NCBI RefSeq assembly: GCF_006345805.1
Contig: NC_043013.1
Span: 58,404,001-58,468,000, forward strand
DNA: 64,000 nucleotides
Source: Octopus sinensis
Taxonomy: Eukaryota
Direction: 5' to 3'
A model generated the notes under the pieces. The model was not told the DNA's origin and made no database searches. It was given only the letters and a program-made list of their open reading frames with translations. Of this stretch, positions 37,060 to 51,244 are shown piece by piece. The translations under genes and the position numbers were made by a program. Numbering within the stretch: position 1 is the first letter of the stretch; every line of letters begins with the position of its first letter.

Positions 37060-38360
37060 GCGGGTAATGAGTAATTAGTAAAAAGAAAAGAACTATAAGT
37101 GACTGGTGCTATCTGAGGACAGACTACTGAGTTGCTGCTTTGTCCTGATAGTTTACGTGAACTCTGAGGCTCTAAGGTGATATATAGGAGAGTAATATTT
37201 CTTTCAGCAAGATGATAAACAATGATGAGTACCAGCGACTTAAGTGAGGAACATCATAAGATTTTAGATGAGTTGCAGGAAGTAATGAGTAAAGGTGTGA
37301 GAAAAAGCTTGCTAGCGTTAAAAGGCACCAACAAAAGGAAGCGGCTAGAAATGATTAGGAGAGTCGATTCCGTTATCAGTAGGATAGATTCTAAAAATAT
37401 AGGAGACACTAACTTATTGATCTAAGCAGGTAGAGCTGCTAGAGTTACAGCGAAGGCCAAAACTTCAAAGTTAAAAACCAGAAAAACGAGCAGAAGTTAT
37501 GTGACTGGCAGGAGAATGCGTTTCATGGTAGATTGCCTGCCAAACAGAGTTTCAGAAAATAGTAAGTAGTGACACATGGCTATGTTTGCAGGAAGGAAAG
37601 CTGAAAGGGAAGATAGAAAATTTGTTAGAAATTGCATAAGATCAAGCATTAAGGGCTAATTGGATAAAAGCCAAGATAGATAAACAACAAATATATTCCC
37701 AATGTAGGTTATGCAAATCAAAAGAGGAAAGCGTTATTCATATAATAAGTGAATATTATCATTCTGGCACAGAAAGAGTACAAGAAAAGACATGACAACC
37801 TAGGGAAAGTAATTCACTGGGAGTAATGTAAAAAGCTTGGATTTAAAGATACTAAGGAATGGTATGAACATGAACCTAGTAAAGTACTGGAAAATAAGAA
37901 ATACAAGATGTTCTGTGACATTAATGTTCAGACTGACAAAGTAATAGAAGCTAGAAGGCCTGATTTAGTAGTAGTAAATAAATAGAATAGAAAGTGCCAA
38001 ATAATTGACTTTACAGTCTCAAATGATGAAAAAATCCATGAGAGGTATAGAAAAAATAGCAAAGTACCAGTACCTAGCCATTGCATTATAGAGACTAGGG
38101 AAAGTGCGGGTAAAATGTATCCCAGGAATTATAGGTGTATTGGGGACTATTCGTAAAGACCTGAACAGATAGATAGAGGAAATAGGCATAAAACCCAGTT
38201 TAGTACAGGCCCAGAAAACAGTGTTATTAGGGACAGCTAGGATACTAGGGAGGGTTCTTGTCAGCTAAGGTAAATTGTTGTAATCTGATATTATAATTTT
38301 TGTCTTTTCCAACAATCTAATCTGTTGTGTGTATGTGAAAATAATAATGATAATAACTAG
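37060..38360 (+). mobile_element. R4/Dong-clade LINE derivative lacking the RT domain
   Basis: N-terminal LLALKGTNKRKRLEMIRRVDSVISRIDSKNIGDTNLLI joined near 37470 to KLCDWQENAFHGR, DQALRANWIKAKID..CRLCKSKEESVIHIISE, KEYKKRHDNLGKVIHWE, DINVQTDKVIEARRPDLVV, IIGVLGTI, QKTVLLGTARILGRVL; ends in (AAT)-rich tail. Confidence 0.85.
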
Positions 38361-39062
38361 CTGGTACCGTGAATACTTCACGGAAAATATTAAAAATGTG
38401 AAGTTTATTTGCCATCAGAATGTGGCGGTCCTAAAAAGGACGATGTTACTGCTCCTTAAGACCCAGGAAAACATCCTTTCGAGCTGGCTATCGACACACA
38501 GTGTTTGCAAGGGAGGACATCGCTCACATCGCCAACTTTACGTGATACCTATACACCATGGTTTCTGGGTGGTTACCCGTCCTCAGTGTGAGATAATTAA
38601 AAATGTAAGCATCAGTAAATTGTGACACTTACAGAATATAGAGAGAAGTGTAAAACCGATAACTATATAATCCAACCAAAATACAGACACAAACACACGC
38701 ACACATAAATATATAATTGTAGGAAAGTAAAAGTAACATCCAATATTTGCTGTCGACTCTGAACAAACTAAGAAACATTTAAAAATCACAAAACAAACGC
38801 CACCTTTCTTTCTGTCTCCACTCTCTCTCTCTCTCTCTCTCTCTAACTCACTCCCTCTCTGTCCCTCCTCTCTCTCGCTTTACCGCTCTCTTCAAGCATG
38901 CCTCGTCTACTAAACACCTTTTATTTTTCTTTCTACCTCTGCCTTCAACTGTAGAAAAGTAACAGTGACGTCCTCAGGTATTTGCTGAAAGAGGGACAGA
39001 CAGGAGAGAGAGAGTGTGTGAGAGATAGAGAGAGACAAAGAGAGACAGACAGACAGACACGC

Positions 39063-39107
<45 letters not shown>

Positions 39108-39126
39108 TAGACAGATAGATAGATAG

Positions 39127-39181
<55 letters not shown>

Positions 39182-39239
39182 CAACAGTTCTTGCAATTTC
39201 CATATTTTCACTGGTTTTATCATATATCGTCCAAAGTAA

Positions 39240-39720
39240 AAAGCTTAGCGGTATTTCATCTGTCGCTACGTTCTGAGTTCTAATTCCGCCGAGGTCGACT
39301 TTGCCTTTCATCCTTTTGGGGTCCATAAATTAAGTACCAATTGCATATTGGGGTCGAGCTAATCCTCTGTTCCACTCTCCCAAAATTTCGGGCCTTGTGC
39401 CTAAAGTAGAAAAGAACCCTTAGCACATAGGACAAAATGCTTAGTAGCATGTCTTCACTTTCTTGGTTCAAATTCCGCCAAGGTCGATTTGGCCGTTCAT
39501 CCTTTCGGGCTTGATAAAATAGGCACCACTTGAGTAGTGGTGTCTATATAATCGACTGACCACCATTATTGAATTGCTGACCTTCTCCCAAAACCGGTCT
39601 CGGTTTTGTCTTTCAAGCTTTCGGGGTCAATAAAATTAGTAGCAGTTGAGCAATGGGGTCGATATAAATGACTTGCCCCTGCCCCGAAATACCTTGTGCC
39701 CAAATCTTGAAATCAGTATT
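39240..39720 (+). mobile_element. Cluster of three family A SINE copies of increasing decay
   Basis: Core block at ~39290, ~39480 and ~39600. Confidence 0.8.
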
Positions 39721-40965
39721 TTGTTTTGTTTCAGCCGTTGAGTATAATTTCAGCTTGAAATATGATTTTATATTAAATATTATGAACTTTTTATTACTAA
39801 GTCAAAAATTTGGCAGAAATGTGGTCACTAAACGTAAATTCTTTTTCTTTATTTTTCTTCTTTTACTTATTGATTTAAATTCAGCTTTTTCACCTTGCAA
39901 CACATTCCGGTTGATTTAATCATCTTGGGTAGAATTCTCTTCACGAAATCTAAGCATATTTCTGAGACAAACAGATCAATATTTATCTGAAATTTATCAA
40001 CGTTTGCCGAAAGAAAAAAAATGACATGATTACGATTTCTAAGCAAAGGCTATTGCACTTCATTTACATCATTCATTATTAATCTTGAATTAATTTAGAT
40101 CACGTCTTCATCAAGTCTCCTGTGGGTATCAGTATCCCCGGCAAGTATCAATGAGTTCATGTGTTGCAATGTTTGATTCCCAAAGGAGATAACTTCCTAA
40201 CCATTTGGACACTTAAAATGCATTAAAGAAAAGATGTGCCCACGAAACCTCCACCATTATACTTATATTCTTATTTAGTATAATTTCTTCATGAAGTATA
40301 ATTTCTAACCGGAGAAAAACAAATCTATTTATAAAGACTAAGAGACGATATTGTAGCAATAGTTTAATAATTGTGATTGTCACGGAATATTTTCACTTGC
40401 TCCGCTTCTATATGTAGGTTAAAGTTCAACTTTATAATATATTTAGCTCATTATTTGTTTTAGTAACCACAGTCTATCGCAGACTCCCCATTCATGCTAC
40501 TTCGGTATCTAAATCGTCTCATTTGCCATTACTATTTAAGTTGGGAACAAAACTTATACTGCAGGAAATTTCTACTTTGAAAAGGCAATATAAAATGAAA
40601 TATTATCATAGAAATATTCTATAACAAAACACTTTTTTCCTCTCATATTTATTGGAAAATATTATTGGAATTTATTAAATTAGATATATCGACTTTTGTG
40701 GCAATAGCAAATATTATATATTTTCACTTGCGACAAATTAAACAAAATTGAAGAGAAAAACATCCAGAGGTCTTGAACTCTTGTGTTCCTATATTTACTG
40801 CCAGATCTTCAAGATTTACTCTCAACTAAACTCAGTTTACGGCAGTAAATTTACGTGAGTAGAGTATTACGTTCTGTAAAAGGTAGCTTCCTATCTACCA
40901 ACAGATCGACCTGTCACTCTATCCCTCGATCGTCCTCTTTATCTATCTATCTATCTATCTATCTA

Positions 40966-41010
<45 letters not shown>

Positions 41011-41189
41011 CTTTATCTATCTATCTAGCTAGCTATCTATCTGTCTATTTATATATATGTATGTATACATACACATATATATGCACGTGGGTGTGTCTGG
41101 GTATAATTATATAACGCGATGTATAAATCATATGGAGATATCTAAATATGCAGGCATAGCCAACATATGTATTGTTAAATGCATGACAA

Positions 41190-41400
41190 GTACCGAATAC
41201 ACGGGCACACAATGAAAAATTTCATAACACTCCCAATCATACCTGAAATCACCGAATCAGTTTGGTGCTTGATGGTCGACTGGGCGGAGAGAGAGCAAGG
41301 TGCCGGAGTGAGCGAAACTTCAAGCAAGAAAAGAGGCACTTGGCCGCCATTACAGAGAAGATGGTATTTGACAGGGGTCAGGCATTAGCTTACATGTTGT
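41190..41400 (+). mobile_element. RTE-like LINE 3' fragment
   Basis: LVLDGRLGGERARCRS resembles the RTE RT C-terminal motif L.LEGK..GKR.RGR. Confidence 0.45.
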
Positions 41401-42344
41401 TAGGTAAATCATGGTATCTTAAGGCGGTGCTCAGCTGTGTAAGTAATTTGGCGCAGGATCAGAGGTACACAACAGCCAGTTTTCATTCCTGGACGAAAGC
41501 TTCCTGATACACTTAACACGGACTATCCCACGTCCTCACAACCTAAGAAGTCATTTAATTAATAGTAGATGTTAGTAATCAATATAAGTTTTAGGCGTTA
41601 GTTTGCCCTAATGTGGAGGTGCCAGTCCAATATATTTGAAGCGTTTTAGTTCCTGTCAATGGTGCTAGTATTGTGATCACGTCATGGTGACCCCTGTTCA
41701 CAGATTTCAATTCGTATCTGTTTTCTTATTTCTTGCCCTTTCCGTTATACATTTTATATACATAAATGTATGCATGTACGTGTGTATATTTGTATGTATA
41801 CCCTCATATATGCATGCATATATAACCTTACATACATACATGTGTGGATTTTTCTATTATTATTCTTAATGTACGTGTTGCTTGCTTGATACAATCCTTG
41901 CAATTCTTCTTCAGAATATTCGTTTAGAAAACTGTTAAGCTGTTTTCTTCGTTTGTGATGACAAATCTTCCATTTTAACGCTGTATTACCTATCACGACC
42001 TAACAACTAATGTATGGACCTGAGGTGTAAGGAGACAACATCTGTCGCTAGACATAATCTTTTGGAGCAAACTTTCCAGATATTTGGCAGATAATCTTCC
42101 AAATCACCGTTGACTATTTAATTAAAATAATAAGCAATAACTAAGTTATTTCCTTTCAGTTAATTGAGTTATATTTCCTTTTCAATACTTGGCGGAAAAC
42201 ATGACGCAATTAAATCACTTTGATTTATCTCTTCTGGCCAGTGTTTCTGTGTCAGACGGAATGACTGTGGCTGGAGATCACAATATGGCAACTAGCCAAG
42301 TCTACCATAGCTAGCAAACTCCGTTTAACGTACTAATTTGTTAT

Positions 42345-42387
<43 letters not shown>

Positions 42388-42388
42388 G

Positions 42389-42420
<32 letters not shown>

Positions 42421-43082
42421 TGATATGACGAGATGGCAATTTCCAAGAGGCTCATATCATTACTTGAAGAATCCAATGAAATTAATAGTGTTGGTGCGGT
42501 AACCAATCTCAATAATTCACCATGCTTGTTCCTTTCTTATGATTATCTAAAATTTCTCTCGAATTCATTCCAGCTTCCCCTCATTTGTCTGCGGTCTCTC
42601 TACACCATTGTTTTCCTCTGCTACTTGCTGTAATTCTTTGCCTCTAACCAGAGGTTAACTAATAATGTTAACTAAATATATTAAAATCAGTATTTAAAAA
42701 CCCAATGTACTGAGGAGTAATATTATAATTAGAACTAATTAATCGAACAGAAAAAGATTCATTAACTCAATTAATATTATTACGGCAAAAATGAGAAGTG
42801 CCTGTCGACGTGTTTCTGTCTTTGTCACGGATAGGCCACGTTTCTTAGACATTCCCGTAACTGCAAAAGGAGTGATGATAGAACCAATTCTTAAATGAAA
42901 ACAATTATACGGCAGGTCGCACGTTTTACTGTATTTAGAGAAACATTTTAGATAATTGCTGAGATACGCCATCAACGTGGAGAAGAATGCGGTGAATATC
43001 AATGATGTACTACAGTTCTATATTTAAGGGATGAGGAATTATGTACTTTAGTTACACTATTTACATTTCACGGATATTTGAC

Positions 43083-43335
43083 GGGCATATGGCGTAGTGG
43101 TTAAGAGCGCAGGCTACTAAACCCAAGATTCTGTGTTCGATTCTAGGCAGTAACCTGAATAATAATAATAATAATAATAAAATCATCGAAGTATACCTTA
43201 GGAATGAGAACCCAGGTCGAAATTTCCCCAAGACACCTGATGAAGTCTGGAGGGTATATCAACCGAAAAGTTGTTTTAACAACAAACAAGGTGAGCACAA
43301 TTATCACTCAAATATAAATAGTGTAAATAATGTAC
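43083..43335 (+). mobile_element. tRNA-headed SINE with hammerhead-like 3' region
   Basis: A box TGGCGTAGTGG, B box-like GTGTTCGATTCT, internal (AAT)n, then AGACAC-CTGATGA-AGTCTGGAGGGTATATCAACC-GAAA-AGTT-GTTTT. Confidence 0.75.
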
Positions 43336-43510
43336 GAATGATGTAACTCTAGATTTTAGTGTCTGTTTGTAATGACACTGCTATCAAGTTATTAAACTAA
43401 TATTTCATTTCCTCACCACACGTTTACTTTCCAATTAGATGCTTAATATTCGTTTCATTAAATATGATAATTCCTAATTTATTTCAATATGTATATTGAA
43501 ATAGATATAG

Positions 43511-43552
<42 letters not shown>

Positions 43553-43890
43553 TGTGTCTGGAGAGAGTCATTTTCTTTTTGTGCCTGGCAAAATTTCCAC
43601 TTACTTCATATTTTTATTTTTCTAAAATTTTCGTTGCGTCTTGCAACCTTTTCAAGTCTTGACTCTGCCCGATATTTACACTGCGTTCCTTTTTGTTTGT
43701 ACGCATGTGTGTGGGTCTGCGTGTGTGTGTATGTACCTCTGTATGCATGCATGTACGTATGTATGTGTGTATGTACGTATATATGTGTGTATATGCATAT
43801 GTATATATGTATGTGTGTGCATCTGTAGGTATGTATCCTGCATATTTATGTGCTTGCATGTCCGTGTTTGTGTATTTTCTATGTATGTGT

Positions 43891-43934
<44 letters not shown>

Positions 43935-44020
43935 CTATATATGCATGTATGTATGTATATATATATACATATATACATGTATATATACATACGCATATAT
44001 ATATATACATACGCTCCTTA

Positions 44021-44055
<35 letters not shown>

Positions 44056-44090
44056 CACGCATGCATATATACATACGCACACATATACTG

Positions 44091-44125
<35 letters not shown>

Positions 44126-47100
44126 TACACACACACATATATATATATATAGTTCAGAGGGTCACTCTGTCTACACTAATTGCTGTCTGAAATGGCACCA
44201 CTTTTTCATGGAACTGGTCGAGATACCAAAATATGTATAACATTATCCGCATTTTACACGATATTTTGGTTTTTAATTTCAATATTTAACTACGTTACAA
44301 TCTAAAAAGTTGTAACTAAAATCTTGTTTTCTTCAGAATAACAAAACAAAGAACCCGCTGTTGTATATTAAGCATTTAGCGAAATTCTAATTAAAAGACA
44401 CAGTGGTGGATAAAGATGTGTAACTAATTGTTTGTGTATGTAGAGAGGAAATATAAATACACGGAGTGTAAGATAATGTAAGAGGTGGGTGAAGTAGACG
44501 TCTAGGAAGTAAATAGATATAGAGAAAGGAATACAAGTGGGTAAGAAGACAACAGAATTATAGAAAGCAGAAAAGTAAACCAAAGAAATAAGAAGTCAAA
44601 AGCAAAATAATTATAAAATGAAGATAAGAAAATATAAAATGACAAAGAAAGAAAAGAAAAAAAAACGGTAGATGAAGAGAGAGAAGATGGTATAAAGTAA
44701 TGGACGAACAGAAAGAAAATAAGGGAAAAGAATAATTTTCGTTTGTCAGTTATTTATCTATTGATGTAACATATGAATGAAATATCTTTTGGAAGTGGAC
44801 AGGAAGAGAGACAGACCGACTGATAGAGAGAGGGAGGAGGGAGATCTTAATGTTAAGATCAAATATCTTGGTTATTAAAACAAAATTACAGGAACTTTTA
44901 ATGTTTCATTTCTACCAGAAAATAATTGCTTTCCTTCTTTCAGCTCGACAGAACACGGAACAGAACACAGAGAAGTCATTCGGTGTTAAAGAGAAAGTCC
45001 CTGATTTTTTTTTTCTTTTAAGTGACGTCTACCTTTAAACATTATGAGACAAAGAAAACGGAAAAAAAAAACCAGAACAATTTATAGTTTCTGAAATTTC
45101 GAGAAACAATACATAACAAAGCAATATTCAAATTGTTCCCTGGTCAGTGCAGCTGAGAGTAATACCCAGGTATGGTTGTGTGGTTAAGAGATTTGCTTCA
45201 TAGCTATAAGGGTTCGGTTTCAATCTCACTGGACAAATCTATTCAATAATATCTTTCAGATGACGCAATATTTGTGAGTTAAATCCATACTCAGAAACTG
45301 TGAGGAAGCCCAATGAATGGACATTCAGACATTTCTCAGCAGTAAGCTTAATTCGTCGTCTGATTTAACTTCCACACCCGAGGTAGTCCATGCGTATTTT
45401 TCGCTTATTTTTTGGTTTTGTAAGTCTAAAGACAACCCCTTCCGTCTATTCTTCCTCTCTTCCTAGTCATCAGTCTCGGTGTTTCCTTAAACAAGATCGC
45501 AGATGCCGTCCTTCATCTTCTGACAATTGTACCAAAAAATTTCAATAAAATATTCTCAAGTATTTAATTTTGCTTTCTATCTGTTACTGTTGCTAATGTT
45601 ATCACCCTTACATCTTTAGATCTTACCATCGCTAAACTCCTTCAGAAAGTAGTCCTCCTAAAACTCTTTCCCTGTCTGTGATTTACCCCAACGTGAAGGT
45701 ATTCAACAGGAACATCAACCGCAGCACTGAGAACCGTCCATTATTCTTGACCAAACCCTTCAATAAATAAAGCTAGGAACTGATCCCGTAATTTATGTAG
45801 TAATGCAAAATATTGTAGTTATCGCAGTATCATTGATGCGACAAATCATTAGCTAAAAGACTAATTCTGGTTAGAATATTTAGTGGGTGTAATTTCAAAA
45901 CAAATTAAATTTCATTAAACATAAAATGCTGTGTTACAAGGGGAATGTGATTATACAAAAATGTTAGTGTTGTATGCCTCAATGTGGCTTTGATGAAGCA
46001 GACCAATTATCTAGCATTTCCATCCATGGGCGTTTCATTACTATGTCCAAAAATACGTTTATTAAAAGTCATTTTTTCTTGATATGACAAAAGGTATGAT
46101 TTCTTACTTTACTCTAAGATCAGGTGAAAGTCACACGGGAACCTGTGGAGGAATCGTTCTCACTAAATTCGTTTGAAACATTGCATAAAGAATGGAAACT
46201 CGGAACACTTGTATGACGGTGCTACTCCCAATCATTTATGGATTCATTCTTCCATTTCATATCGTCGTTCATTGCTTCTATACTGATTAGAAATATTAAA
46301 AATTCTATTTATGATATATAAAGGTTTCCATGGAATCGGCTCAGTAGCTTTTTCAAAGTGCTTCTTACCAGCGTTTTCCTTCCACACACGCTGTGACATA
46401 AATTTCAAAGTATGTATATATTGACAAAGCTTACTCGTTTCCTTATTTGCCCCAAGATATTGAACTAGCTTTCTTGTTGATCTCCGGGTGCTTAGCATGA
46501 TTGATGTATTCAAACATCAGCAATAACAGAACATGTATGCCTTCATCTCTGCTTCTTTGAATCGAGATTCAACAAAATTCTTACCATCCTTTGATAAATA
46601 TTGATAACCAATCTCATGGTTTCATACAGGTGATGTTCAACATATCTAGCTTTAAGCATGTCAAGTGTAATTGAAAGATGTTCTTATTCAATCGTATTTC
46701 TCGAAGTTATGCGATGCAACAGGTACAAGAACAAAGGTTTACACCCCACCCCTACACATAGACACACTGCCAACTCCATTATAGTAACCAAAAGAATGCT
46801 TGCCATTAATACTGAATTTGGTTATAGCATAATATACGCGAAAGTTGTGCGAGAATGACAAATTTATAAACATGTAAATCAAACTAGGTGACCTGACCGC
46901 ACTACAAAACCTCAAAATGTCGATAGGTAAACAAACATTCATAGACATTATTGAATCGAAAAAAGAAAGGCGGGCATAATCATATTTTATAGACACCTAC
47001 AGGAAAATATAGCCAAACACGCGCCCTAAAATTAAATAGACACCTCTCCCTCTCTCTCTCCCCTCTGCGTTTTCACGTTATTTTCAAAGCACCCTGTATT

Positions 47101-47389
47101 ATAATAACTATGAGAGCGCTTGCAATGCGTATCTAAACAATGCCAGGCCGGCGTTATTACAGACATGCCTGTCTCACAGTCAGTTGTTGTCAGCTTTAAC
47201 ACACTTCAATCAATGTGTTAGAACGCTAATAATCGGTGTTGCTGCCCTTCTCCAGGACCGAACACGACTGTGTTGTTAGTTGAGACAAAAATCTGCCTTC
47301 ATCACACGCACACGCACACACACACACGCACACACACACACACACACACACGCATACACACACTCTGGGGCACCGCTTAGAATTTTTAG

Positions 47390-47730
47390 TTGAATAAATC
47401 GACCCCAGGTTGTATGTTTTAAGCCTGGTATTTATTCTATCAGTATCTTGATAGAATAAGTAGGTTATGGGGACGTAAACAAACCAACATTGGTTTCAAG
47501 TGGTGGTGGGGACAAATACACACACAGACAGACACACAGATTATATATATATATATATATATATAGGCGCAGGAGTGGCTGTGTGGTAAGTAGCTTGCTA
47601 ACCAACCACATGGTTCCGGGTTCAGTCCCACTGCGTGGCATCTTGGGTAAGTGTCTTCTGCTATAGCCCCGGGCCGACCAATGCCTTGTGAGTGGATTTG
47701 GTAGACGGAAACTGAAAGAAGCCTGTCGTA

Positions 47731-47775
<45 letters not shown>

Positions 47776-48177
47776 TTGTGTGTCTGTGTTTGTCCCCCTA
47801 GCATTGCTTGATAACCGATGCTGGTGTGTTTACGTCCCCGTCACTTAGTGGTTCGGCAAAAGAGACCGATAGAATAAGTACTGGGCTTACAAAGAATAAG
47901 TTCCGGGGTCGATTTGCTCGACTAAAGGCGGTGCTCCAGCATGGCCGCAGTCAAATGACTGAAACAAGTAAAAGAGTAAAGAGTAAGAGTATATATATAG
48001 ATATATATACGACAGGCTTCTTTTCGTTTCCGTCTACCACAAATCTACTAACACTGCTTTGGTCGTCCCGAGGCTATAGTAGAAGACACTTGCCCAAGGT
48101 GCCACGCAGTGGGACTGAAGCATGAACCATGTCGTTTGGAAGCAAGCTTCTTACTACCCAGCCACAGCTGCGTCTAT
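47390..48177. mobile_element. Nested CORE-like SINEs (family B): younger plus copy 47565-47990 inside an older minus copy
   Basis: Plus copy: head GGCGCAGGAGTGGCTGTGTGGTAAG, CORE-like CATCTTGGGTAAGTGTCTT, central (TA)/(TG), tail GCTCCAGCATGGCCGCAG..AAAGAGT. Minus copy: head/core 48177->48011 and tail ~47540->47390. Confidence 0.85.
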
Positions 48178-48930
48178 CAAATAGTAATTCTTTAAGCACA
48201 ATGACGAGCCATCAAATACAAAAATATGCAGATTAGGTACTCCGACTATTTATGGCTGCTTTATATAGCTGTTGACCTATGCTGTATACTGGGGCAGGAA
48301 CCTGGGTGCATATTCTCTTAGGAGTCGCCGACAAACCATTAAGTACTTGCACAGTACTCACATTCCTTTATATATATATATCCGTGATCATCCATCTATA
48401 CATACATATGTACATGTGTGTGCAGAAATGTTACATCCCACCAACTACGACGAAAGCTGCTAGAAATAACAACCATATTTTCTCAAATCATCAGCTATTA
48501 GGTTATAAAAAGAATTATACTTTATAGAATGTTATCCTAGATAAGCTATACCCGATGTATAAAAGAGTCTGCCTCCCTCATGAATCAGTTTGCGGGGAGA
48601 TGAGATGATCATTACCATCCTATGACGAAAATATAATAATACAATAAAAATTGACAACTAGAATCGGGTATTAGAGATGGTTAGTTCACATGAGACGTGT
48701 TATGCATTCTAGTTGGTTGAAGAGTATCCCTAAATAGGTTTGTGCCTAGACAAATCTGAGCTGATAAAAAGTTGCACATCGCCATCACAGGGTTTTCTAC
48801 TTGTTCTACCAATTTCATGACCCTAGATCGCTTTACTCTGATTGCTTGCTCATGCAAAATCTATTCTACACTAATTTTATTCTGCACAGATATCCACTGC
48901 AGGGGTGCGGCCTTCTAGCATGGTTTACGC

Positions 48931-49120
48931 AGAGAGAAAGAGAGAGAATGAGAGATAAGCGTAGAGAAAGAGGGAGAATGAGAGATAAGCAGAGAGAAAG
49001 TGGGAGAATGAGACAGAAGCAGAGAGAAAGAGGGAGAATGAGAAATAAGCAGAGAGAAAGAGGGAGAATGAGAGATAAGCAGAGAGAAAGAGGGAGAATG
49101 AGAGATAAGCGGAGAGAAAG
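48931..49120 (+). repeat. 30-bp purine-rich minisatellite, ~6.3 copies
   Basis: Unit AGAGAGAAAGAGGGAGAATGAGAGATAAGC. Confidence 0.95.
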
Positions 49121-49492
49121 TTAGAAAGTAAAAGACTTTCAGACAGAGATAAAAGTTTGAAAGGGGATACGTTTTTATAAATTATTGCAAAAATTAAAGT
49201 AAAGCACGTTTCACAAGTAATAAAGTACCATGCTAAGATATTGCACCAAAACCATTGTATAAATGTGTGTGTGGGTGTGTAAATGAATGCATGTATGTGT
49301 ATATATATATACACTTATGCATATAAATGTGTGCGCATAAATCAAAACACACACACACGCAAACACACTCATATAAAACTCTCAACTGTTTAATACCCTA
49401 TTTTCTCACCATGTAAACACATCAGACAATTGAAGAACCTCAGTCAAAATTGCAATTTTAATATTCAGTTTCCAAAACGGCAATATCTCTAC

Positions 49493-49538
<46 letters not shown>

Positions 49539-50319
49539 TTGTTTTGTTCTTCTTCTTATTACTACTACTACTACTACTATTACACATTTTATCTGATTAC
49601 GCGCTCGGTTTTAAAATTACGCTCATATATGACATTTCACTAACATTGAGTTTATAAACTTTCTAAAGGATATATGTGTGTTAGTGTGTGAATACATATT
49701 CACATGTGTGTACACGCTTGCACACGCACACACGCTCATGATGTGTGTTTATGTTTGTCTCAAGTGCTTGATTACATCGCGTTCAGTGTCTGAAAACATA
49801 TTAATCGCATTTATTCAAAACAGAATAAATTTTATGAAACTGTTGCCAATGTGTTCTTTGGCAGACAATGATTTGAAGAAGATAGGAGAATATTTGGAAT
49901 TTAGTCATAGGATAATTTGTTAAATATCAAATTTAACCAATGTAGCAATAATATTAATGGTCATCATGACGATTCTGTTGATGATTATAATGATAGTAAT
50001 AGTAACAATAATATTACTATTACTACCACTGTTACTACTACTACTACTAATAATAATAATAATAATAATACTTATTATTATTATTATTATTATTTGTTTT
50101 GTAGTTGTTATTATTATTAATATTATTATTGTTATATTTGTTCTTTATTTTTCAGCAAAGCGTATGCATTCAATGCAGATCGTGTTAGAAATGTTAGAAA
50201 GGTAATTACAAACTGAATGAAGATGTCCATATATACATACGTTCATATATCTGGGTGTCTGTGTATGTGTGTGTATATATATATGTATACATATACATAT
50301 TACATTTATCTCTTCTACT

Positions 50320-50555
<236 letters not shown>

Positions 50556-50648
50556 TATGAAATACGTGTCAGTTGAGTAATGGGGTTCACTTAAACGAGT
50601 TGCCTCTCCTCGAAATTGCTGGTTGAGTGCCAAAATTTGATAGTAGTA

Positions 50649-50705
<57 letters not shown>

Positions 50706-51244
50706 TTTTAACGACTAAAAAGTTGAGAAAATAAGATTGGGCGATGACAAAAAATAATCGCACTAGAAATAACGACGAAAACTATTAAAAATATGGACAG
50801 TGATAAAGAAAAGTGGAGATGGACAAAATGATTAGAGATTGAAGGAAAAAGATAGAGGAAGGAAGATGAGTGCGATAAAACTATTTAGATCAGTGAAAAA
50901 GAAAACGGAGGTGATTCTGCAGATTAAATTTGTGAAAATCGAAGATGAAGATGAATAAGTAGAACAGAGGTTAGAAAAGGATATGAGGTTGAGAGAATTA
51001 AAAATTGTGCTATATCTGTGAATATCTGCAAATAAGTTGTAGGACATTTGATTATAGCTGATTGCTTTTTCTTCATCCATAACATAAATGTATATACAGA
51101 TATTCATGTGACTAGTTTAAATGTTATATCGCATTTCGTAGAAGCCAGTGTTACAGTTATTTGTTTCGAACTGATCAATCACTTTGCCAATGCTCAAAAA
51201 TCTTCAATTCTGCAAAAAAATCGATGATAACTTCCTTAATTGTA

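Noticed and set aside
48654-48715. 10-bp inverted repeat CAACTAGAAT/ATTCTAGTTG as pre-miRNA
   Set aside because: Inner arms do not pair.
48931-49120. Regular 30-bp repeats resembling a CRISPR array
   Set aside because: Head-to-tail tandem units with no unique spacers, no cas genes, eukaryotic context.
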